DNA of 58,248 bases, counting the filler, from Sphacelaria rigidula (Eukaryota): assembly GCA_964200075.2 (NCBI GenBank). It is 5 parts of 5 records of this genome, joined end to end, with 100 filler letters (N's around TTAATTAATTAA, not from the genome) between each part and the next. Parts side by side here need not be neighbours in the genome. Positions count along the whole stretch, not along the records: positions 46,680 to 58,248 come from CAXNAA020004769.1; 4 more parts are not named here. The stretch is one strand, 5' to 3'. Position 1 is the first letter of the stretch. Each line of letters opens with the position of its first letter. Made by a program: the position numbers and the translations under genes. Below are positions 50,633 to 58,248 of this stretch, piece by piece. Below the pieces are notes generated by a model. It was not told where the DNA came from, did no database searches, and was given only the letters and a program-made list of their open reading frames with translations.

Positions 50633-51225
50633 GCCGGTCGCCCGGGTGGCTAAGTTGGTGCCCTCCGAAACCTTTTTGAAAGTTGGCACACGGGCTCGAA
50701 TCTCGGTGACGTCACACGATCCGAGATTTTCTTGACATCATGCCCAACAGTGGAGACTGACTGTGTCGTGGGTAGACAGAGTTCAATGTTAACGGTTAAC
50801 GAGGAAAGGAGATGACGAGACCCTGTTCACGAGCACCGTAGAAGAGGGGTGAAAAAATGAAACAACATAAAATGGAGAAAATAAAAACCCACCTGTGTTG
50901 ACCTTCCTCCTGTGTGACCCCGACTGATGCGCCGACACATACCTGAAATAACTCATCGAAGAGAACCCTCAGATCCATTGTACAAAAACACAAAACACGT
51001 GGCAGCAGTGTCCGAGAAGCCAAAGCGTTACCTTCCCGCCACACGACGTGCTCGGCGTTTATCCCTGTCGGTACCTAATACAGAAATGGTGGCCAAAGGA
51101 GCTATTAAAAATAGCTCATGATCCGGATCAGTACTCTAATGAGAAGTAATATCCAGGTGGCTCATGACCCGTCCGACGTGTGGAAAGCTGTAAACTGGTG
51201 GCCAGAATAGATGAGATGACAAGAG
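50633..51225 (+). mobile_element. tRNA-derived SINE-like element in intron
   Basis: A-box-like TGGCTAAGTTGG and B-box-like GGCTCGAATC. The same 5' head recurs at 58194. The 3' boundary is approximate. Confidence 0.65.
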
Positions 51226-51403
51226 ACACGAATAGACGCACGCACTCAACGGCAAGAAAGCATGCATGCATACATCAACAGTGTGTGTTGCTAGTCGATA
51301 GTCGAACGGTGTACGTACTACACACCCACCACACCACCTTCTGTGCTGCCGGCTTGAACAACCTACCCCCACCCTAACCCCAGCCCCATTTCCCAATACA
51401 CAG

Positions 51404-51736
51404 GGCCACACGGCTTCGGTCCTGAGCGTGACGTTTATCAGCGCTGGCGCGCAAGTCATGTCGGGCGGCGCCGATGGACTAGTGAAGGTGTGGACCGTAA
51501 GGTCGGACGAATGCGAAGCGACCCTCGACGCCCACACCGACAAGATTTGGGCGCTGACCACCGCGCGTACACCTCCGCCCAAGAGGGTCGGGAAAGTGGG
51601 AGGGCAGGAGGAAGGGCGGGAAGGAGAAGGGGAAGGACTGGAGGATGGCGCGGGGCCTAACGCGGGTGTGGTGGTGGTGAGCGGCGGTGCTGATTCGGTG
51701 ATCAACGTTTGGAAAGACGTGACTGCGCGAGAAGAG
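51404..51736 (+). CDS. UTP13: UTP13/TBL3 exon
   Basis: GHTASVLSVTF...SGGADGLVKVW...CEATLDAHTDKIWAL...SGGADSVINVWKDVT; cacag|GGC and GAG|gtaaga. Confidence 0.92.
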
Positions 51737-52836
51737 GTAAGAAGAATGACAAATTGCCATCTGCGCTAACCTTTTTGGGGCGTGATGTGTACGGGGCGAG
51801 GAGGTGAGGAGTTGTGAAAAGTTACTGGGGAGTGTAGCTGTCTGACGAGAAACAGAAGATACCGGGCTCATGGATGAATGAGAAAACATGGAAACTGTGG
51901 ATTCATTCAACTATCTTGCCTGCTGATCTTGTACCAACCCCCGTTGGTGGTGGTGGTGATGGTGGTGGTGGTTGGCTTACTCATGCATGTTTTTTCTCGG
52001 GTACATACATTTTGTGCCCAAGGAGGGATTACTGGAGCATCATGGATCACTTGATATGCGACAATCAATATAAATTGAATCAAAAGTACACTCGTATCGC
52101 CCCCCCCCCCCGTGAGCCTGGTCTGGCGAGAACCTGACGTGCTCCGTCCCGGCTTTGTAGGGATGTGAGGTCAATGGTCCTCATACTACGGCGTGCAACA
52201 TCATGAGTACCCCAATCCCCCCCCTACATGGGGTGAGCGTCGGTTGGCAACGGTGCTGTATAACACGCCACTCACTATGCAAGCTAGGCGATCAGCTTAT
52301 CGACTTTTTCTGCGCGCTTGCGTTTTGGTTTTGCGGTAACCATTATGGTGGTCGAGCTACATCATCCTGTATCAGGTGGGACAAAATCATTTCCGCACAA
52401 GAGGGATGATCATACTACGTAGTGTTAGATGGTCAGACGCCCATGAGGCAGTGTTAAATCCGTGGCTGTCGGTGGGAGTGGCAATACCACAAAATGAAGT
52501 CACTCATTGGAGGCTGTCATCCATATGCAAGGTAATCAATACGCGTCGGGCCGAACAATCTCAGCAGAATTTAAGTCACCCTTCATGCGACTCGTCGTAC
52601 ACACAACGGCGCTTCGCGTTTGGTGATTGATTGTGAGCCTGGTTCGGCGAAAATCTGGCGTGCTACGTCTCAACTTTGCAGGGATACGAGGTCAACGGTC
52701 AAATGAGTACGGCATTCAAGGTCATGAGTAACCCCCCCCCCCCCCTACCCATCCCGTCCTCTCCGCCGCTGCCGGTGCTGCTGCCTGCACCACGGGTAAA
52801 CACAATCGACGGCTAATAATCTGACTGACGCGAAAG

Positions 52837-53035
52837 GAAAAAGTTATCGCTGAGAAGGAGACCGCATTGCTGAAGGAGCAAGAGCTGTACAACAGGCTCA
52901 GGGCCAAGGACTACGGGCCGGCGATAGGACTGGCGCTTGAGCTCAAGCGGCCCCAGCGCCTTTGGAGCGTCCTGCGTGACGCCATGACTGAGGGCATGGG
53001 GGAGAGCACTACTCCCGCCGCCGCGGATACCGAAG
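52837..53035 (+). CDS. UTP13: UTP13/TBL3 exon, start of the Utp13 C-terminal domain
   Basis: LLKEQELYNRLRAKDYGPAIGLALELKRPQRLWSVL; ctgac branch-like site then aag|GAA acceptor; donor G|gtgaag. Confidence 0.85.
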
Positions 53036-54002
53036 GTGAAGAGGCGTGGCTTGCGCGTGTGAAATGGGAATTTTGCCGATATGGATTGCATGACATTTGT
53101 AGTCATCCGTGTATTTCTGTGCATGTGCGTCCATTTGAGATGTGAGTTGAGAGGTGTTTCTTGGCTTACTATTAACAGGTGATTATTTTTAGGTTGTTCA
53201 ACGCTGTGATTCGCCTAAATTTTGGCGGGGAAGGTGTCGTTCGCGTGCTTGACAGGTCGCGTCTGGCGATGTCCGTTTTAACCTCGATATATGTGTGTGT
53301 GTGGTGGAACAGTGCTGGATAACGTGTATCGAACGCGAATGGTGAAAAGGAACAGGCTAATCTGGCCTCGCGGCATCGTAACAATAACGCCCAACACTGA
53401 TGCCCCTTCCCCTCCCTCGGCAGACTGGTTCGGTGAAAAGCCGGCGTACTCCGTCCCGGCTTTGTAGTGACGGATCCCTAAAGGGGTAGGCGTCGGTTGG
53501 CAATGACGCTGTAAAACACGCCACTCACTGCGTAAGCTAGGCTACCAGGTTATCCATTTGCCTTTGCGCACTTGCGTTTTTTCCCGCTAACCATGGCGGT
53601 CGAGCTAAATGATGATGTGCTGGGTAGGAGGGCCTCGATTCCGCGCAAAGGGGATGATCATTATACGTAGTGTTTGATCAGACACCCACGAGGCAGTGTG
53701 GAACACGTGACAGTCTCTGGAAGTGTAGATCCCAAGAAATAAAGCAACTCATTGATGGCTTGTCATCCAAATCCAAGATGATAAGTGGCTTCGGGCCGAA
53801 CAATCGTGGTAGGACCCAGCTCACCCTTCATGCGACTCGCCGAACAAATCACGGCGCTCCGCGCTTGGTGTTTGATGGCGAACCCTGCGTGCTCCGTCCC
53901 GTCTCTGTATGGATGTGAGGTCAATGGTCTCATGAGTAGGGTATGCACCATCATGAGCACCTCCTCACCACACCCGTCCCATCTCTCTACCTACCCATGC
54001 AG

Positions 54003-54187
54003 CAACGACAGAAATGTCGTCACGCCGACTGGATCAATATGTGGCGTCCTGGAGCATGGACACCATCGCGCTGTGCCTGGGCTATTGCAAAGACTGGAAC
54101 ACCAACGCCCGCAAGTCGGTCGTCGTGCACGCCCTGGTGGGAAGCATATTGCGCTGCGTCAGCATATCTTCTCTCAAGGACATTCCG
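54003..54187 (+). CDS. UTP13: UTP13/TBL3 exon (alternative in-frame acceptor at 54012)
   Basis: LCLGYCKDWNTNARKSVVVHALVGSIL contains the Utp13 WNTN motif; donor CCG|gtacgt. Confidence 0.9.
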
Positions 54188-54446
54188 GTACGTGGCGTGA
54201 GGCAGGCTGATGACGGGGTACGTAATAGCTCAGTTTATTATTTTTTAATTTTTGTTGAAAATGCCGGAACGCTCTTTACATGGAGACGCCACTACCGTTA
54301 TCTGTTGAAGTGCTGCGTGTTTGTTGGCCGGCGGTGATTCGACAACTAACAAGAACGCCTCACACCCGCATGTGTTTGTTGCCGTCGTGATACCAAGAAT
54401 TGTCTTGCTCTTTGATGTTTTCCTCTCTGTTTTTGGTTTTGCTCAG

Positions 54447-56561
54447 GGCTGCTCGGAGCTTGTGCGGATTCTCTTACCGTACTCCGAGCGACACTTTCAA
54501 CGGCTAGACCGGCTGCTGCAGTCGTCCTACCTTGTCGAGCACACGTTGGCATCCATGAACATGCTGATCGGCACGGAAGAACACGAGAAGGGCAGTTTCG
54601 AGGCCAAGGGCGCCGCTGTCCGCAGCAACGGTGCGGAGACGAAATCGACACTTCTTATTGCCCGGGAATTGAAACGCCTCCGTGACGGTCGAAGCTTGTC
54701 GGCTCCGGCTAAGAAGGACTACTCCGAGGATGTAGGGAGTATCGACAGTGGGTCTGAAAAGGACGCGGATGAAGGGTTGCGCTCCTCACGCGTGGAGGCT
54801 GAAAGCGAGATGATCGGCGACCGGGTGGTGTTTAACGTGAAGGCCGACGCGAGCGCAGCGAGCAAGGGGATGGGGAGCGATGTGGAGCGTGACAGTAGCG
54901 ATAGCGAGAGTGAAAACGGTGTTGGTAGAGATGTCGAGGACGATGATGTCGATATGGGAGATGTGACGTCCTCAGGCATTATGGATCGCGGGGTTAGGAG
55001 GGGGACAGGAGCGGGCGAAGAGGAAGGCGGGCAGGGCAGTGGCGAAGGGTCGGTTGAAAAACCGAAGAAAAAAAAGAAGAGGAAAAAGCGGGCGGCGACA
55101 GGAGATGAAGCACTACCCACGCCCACGTCAGGTCTTGTTGAGAAGCAGAAACTAGTGAAGGAGGCACCGGGAAAAGAGGGGACTGATCGGGAAACCGAAG
55201 GCAACGAGGGAGAGGGTGGCGGGTTGATCGAGAAACCGAGAAAGAAGACCAAAAAGCGAGGCGCGGCGGCGGCAGGAGATGAAACACCGCCTCCGGCAAG
55301 GCTAGACCCTGCAAAACCGAAGCAACAAGAGGGGGAGACGCATCGAAAAGTGGAGGCTGCTGTGGATGCAGGGAGGCAGGGGGGAAAGGGCGACGGGTTG
55401 ATCGAAGAAAAGAAGAATGAGAAGAGGAGGAAACGAGGACGGGGGATGGCAGCGGCGGCTGCCACCGAAGATGGAATTCCGTCTGTGCCTACTGTATCCC
55501 CCGTTGAACAGAAGACGGTAGAGGTTTCAACACCAACAGGCGAGGCAGCAGGGGAGAAAGAGGGTAGGCACAGGGAGAATGGTAGCATTTCGACCGGAGA
55601 AACGAAAAGTGAGAAGAGGAGGAGGCGAGGGCGAGGAAAAATAGCGGCACCGGTGGCGGAGAGTGAAATCTCGCCCACGTCCACCGCCCCCCCAGCAGAA
55701 GAAAATACAGTGGAGGAGCCGGAAACAATGAGAAAAGGTGAAGCTGCTGTGGAGAAAGTGCGGGGGCAAAAGGGAATTGGCGACGGGTCGACTCGACAAA
55801 CGAAAATCGAGGAGAGGAAGAAACGAGGGTGGGGGAAAGCAGCAGCGCCGGTAGCGGAAGGGGAAATTTCGCCCACGCCTACCTCATCCCCTGTGACGGG
55901 GAAGACAGTGGACGAGGCGGAATCGATGAGAAAAAGCGAAGCTTCTGGGGAGAAGGAGGTGAGGCAAAAAGGTATTGGCGACGAGTCGACTGGGGGAACG
56001 AAAAGTGGGAAAAGGAGGAAGCGACGGCGGGGGAAATTAGTGGCCGCGGCAGAAGATGAAGTTCCGCCCATGCACACGGGAAGCCCTGTAAAAACGCGTA
56101 AAGTAGAGGTGGAGACACCTGAAGGGGGAGCTGCTGGGGAGAAACGGGGGAAGAAAGGAAATGTCATGCTAACACCCACGGCAGGTCCTGTAGGAGAAAG
56201 GAAACTAGAGGGGGAGAAAACGAAAGAGGAGGGAGTTACTGGAGAGAAAGAAAGGCCAAAGGGCGATGAGATGCCGAGTGGTGGTGATGGTGCTCCTGCT
56301 GCTGCTGCTTGCAAGAAGCGGAAGAAAAGAAGGAAAAGTGCGTCTGCGTGTGAGGCGTCCAGTCTTGTGGCAGGGGGAGACACCAGTAGCCGGGGAGAGT
56401 TAACGGCGGGTTTGGGGGCTGACATGGCCAAGGGTAGGGGTTTGGAGAAGGCGGAGGTAGAGGTGGAGAGGGGTATCGTTGAACAGAAAGGGGACAAAGA
56501 GGGGGGTGTCGTTGAAGGCAGGAAGAAAACGAGGAATCGGCGAAAGTCGGCCGTGGTGTAG
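54447..56561 (+). CDS. UTP13: UTP13/TBL3 terminal exon: end of the Utp13 domain plus a ~660-aa charged repetitive tail
   Basis: gctcag|GGC acceptor; LLPYSERHFQRLDRLLQSSYLVEHTL is the Utp13 C-terminal signature; open frame to TAG at 56559-56561. Confidence 0.85.
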   Translation, partial: GCSELVRILLPYSERHFQRLDRLLQSSYLVEHTLASMNMLIGTEEHEKGSFEAKGAAVRSNGAETKSTLLIARELKRLRDGRSLSAPAKKDYSEDVGSIDSGSEKDADEGLRSSRVEAESEMIGDRVVFNVKADASAASKGMGSDVERDSSDSESENGVGRDVEDDDVDMGDVTSSGIMDRGVRRGTGAGEEEGGQGSGEGSVEKPKKKKKRKKRAATGDEALPTPTSGLVEKQKLVKEAPGKEGTDRETEGNEGEGGGLIEKPRKKTKKRGAAAAGDETPPPARLDPAKPKQQEGETHRKVEAAVDAGRQGGKGDGLIEEKKNEKRRKRGRGMAAAAATEDGIPSVPTVSPVEQKTVEVSTPTGEAAGEKEGRHRENGSISTGETKSEKRRRRGRGKIAAPVAESEISPTSTAPPAEENTVEEPETMRKGEAAVEKVRGQKGIGDGSTRQTKIEERKKRGWGKAAAPVAEGEISPTPTSSPVTGKTVDEAESMRKSEASGEKEVRQKGIGDESTGGTKSGKRRKRRRGKLVAAAEDEVPPMHTGSPVKTRKVEVETPEGGAAGEKRGKKGNVMLTPTAGPVGERKLEGEKTKEEGVTGEKERPKGDEMPSGGDGAPAAAACKKRKKRRKSASACEASSLVAGGDTSSRGELTAGLGADMAKGRGLEKAEVEVERGIVEQKGDKEGGVVEGRKKTRNRRKSAVV

Positions 56562-57049
56562 CGTAAAAGTTGGTGGAAGAGGCTGCTATAGCTTTATGTA
56601 CAAGTGATGGTGGGCGAGTGGCGTGCTGTTTGTCGTGTTGACACAGGGGGGTTTCGTGGTACAAGTAGGTGGTGGAAAGGCATCACACGTGTATCTAAAA
56701 ATGTGTCATTAGGTGTGTTTCTGTTTCGCGTGTCGTGGACGGTGGTGGCCGTGGGTGTTAGCAGGTGTTCGAACAGGATTGTTCGTCGTCTTTTGATGAC
56801 GAGAGAACCTGTTTTGTTGCGTTTGTCCTTGCTTGCCCTCTTCCCCTCTCCTCTTGGTGAGAAGGAAGCAATAAGGCTGATTCGTTGTCTATCAATAGAG
56901 AGTTTTGACGAACTAAGGCGAGCAACAAATGGGTACCCCCCCTTCCCATCGGCACGATAAGCGTAGTGCTACCACTTGTGAGCTTGGAAGTGAAAAACCT
57001 GAGCCTGACAGTTTCTGGAATATGATAACTTGAGCGCAAAATGGGATGC

Positions 57050-57290
57050 CTAGAGAACAACCCTACACTCGAAGCTGTTCAGTGGGTGTTGGTAGCCCAC
57101 AGAGGAAATTGGAAGTCGAGCCTGACGGCAATGAAAAACTTTCCAAGTGGTTGCGCTACCCGTAAGATGAACTGATACAATGAGACTTGTGGTGGTCATG
57201 GTTGCTGTCGCATTGCGTATATTCCTACTGTGCAAGCCGAGTACTAAAGCGAACCAGTGTCCAGTTGAGTCAAATCATGCGCGTACAAGT
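57050..57290 (-). pseudogene. Degenerate Ulp1/C48 protease-like relic, probably transposon-derived
   Basis: TGHWFALVL...(CDS in an adjacent frame)...QHPLNSFECRVV follows the HW..D..Q.N..DCG order of C48 proteases. Confidence 0.35.
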
Positions 57291-58107
57291 GCGTGATGAT
57301 TAATGTATTCCATGTTGACTACGCCGGAATATGTTGCAAATACACCACTCTGATTGTGCACTGGTCCATTTCTCACCACTGTGTCAACCTTCATGCATCT
57401 GCTCCTTGGCTGAAACAAACATCTTTACTGTCTCACCGTTATCCTTGAAACAATCGGAAGCTCACAGCACGTGGGGAAAGTCCATCGCAAAACGATACAA
57501 GCCGAGCGTTAGGATATCACAGCTTAAAGCCGATTCGATTTCTCTCTCTCTTGGTGTTGACTCGCACTTCAGAAAGTGAACACCAGGGTGACACCTGGTG
57601 GAACCGCATCCAACCAGATGTAAAGAGGCATGTTTACGTATTCCGTCTCTTGACGGATTACATCATCCTCAACCCTGACTGTGGTACTAGCCAGTTCCCG
57701 CAGTCAGCCCTCCGGGCGTGTAGCGTCGTTTCGAAATCGACGGCCCATCATCCTACTACCCTCATCCACCACGCCACGCCGCGATCCGTAACAAAACGGT
57801 GGAAGGCTGTTTATTTTTATCATACATTTTCCAACGATGTGATAAAAGTTCGCGTTACGAACATGTATCATTGATACAAATGGACAACTGCTGTGTGAAA
57901 TAATGGACGCTCTCTCCAGTTCAGTTCTGTGTATCGTAGTTGTTTGCACCCATGGGTGGTATGTACACTGCTTCTGCCCTTGCTGTTGGTGCTGACGGTT
58001 CTACTTATAATCGTGACGTACTCGACATGCAATGCACATACTGTCGCAAGTCTACGGTAACCCATCTGCGTGCAATTCCTTCATCTGTCATCGTTACACA
58101 AAATTAC

Positions 58108-58190
58108 CAAGGGCAGGTCGAGTGAACTAAATACTCGGTATTTTTTAAAAGTCATACTTTTAGTACCCGAATATTGAGTAGAGTATTCAT
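58108..58190. mobile_element. Terminal fragment of the GAGTA-rich MITE family
   Basis: Starts caagggcaggtcgagtg, the TIR of 10142-10755. Confidence 0.75.
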
Positions 58191-58193
58191 TAA

Positions 58194-58248
58194 GCCGGTC
58201 GCCCCGGTGGCTCAGTTGGTAACTTCGTAACCTTCTGATGGTTGAGTT
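58194..58248 (+). mobile_element. SINE 5' head, truncated by the window end
   Basis: gccggtcgccccggtggctcagttggt matches the head at 50633. Confidence 0.7.

Noticed and set aside
54719-56497. 592-aa antisense ORF
   Set aside because: Shadow of the purine-rich UTP13 tail; S/P/F-rich with no independent coding signal.
24005-56561. Functional clustering of RPAP3 (snoRNP assembly) with UTP13 (U3 processome)
   Set aside because: The genes are on different, artificially joined scaffolds.
58194-58248. tRNA gene
   Set aside because: Only an A-box/D-arm-like head is present. The homologue at 50633 forms no convincing cloverleaf and continues into a SINE-like body.

Overview
Eukaryotic, intron-rich and transposon-rich DNA of roughly balanced GC. 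The gene content and repeat style suggest a brown alga (Phaeophyceae, stramenopile); this is an inference. The window is not one locus. It is five unrelated ~11.57-kb scaffolds (1-11571, 11672-23241, 23342-34910, 35011-46579, 46680-58248) joined by artificial 100-bp N/TTAATTAATTAA/N spacers. Four partial host genes are present: the last two exons of a Pmp/adhesin-like beta-helix repeat protein (-); exon 1 of an RPAP3-like R2TP co-chaperone (-); a three-exon 2OG-Fe(II) oxygenase-domain gene carrying an in-frame TAG (+); and the 3' seven exons of UTP13/TBL3 with an unusually long repetitive basic/acidic tail (+). The rest is mostly decayed mobile DNA: a near full-length RTE-like LINE plus fragments, an LTR pair, several MITEs with TIRs/TSDs, tRNA-like SINEs, ISL2EU/Harbinger-like transposase relics and a Ulp1-like relic. 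The most striking observation is that the LINE ORF begins with tandem PAM2-like (PABP-binding) motifs directly behind a structured 5' leader. The motif and a leader hairpin are both conserved in a second, diverged copy on another scaffold.
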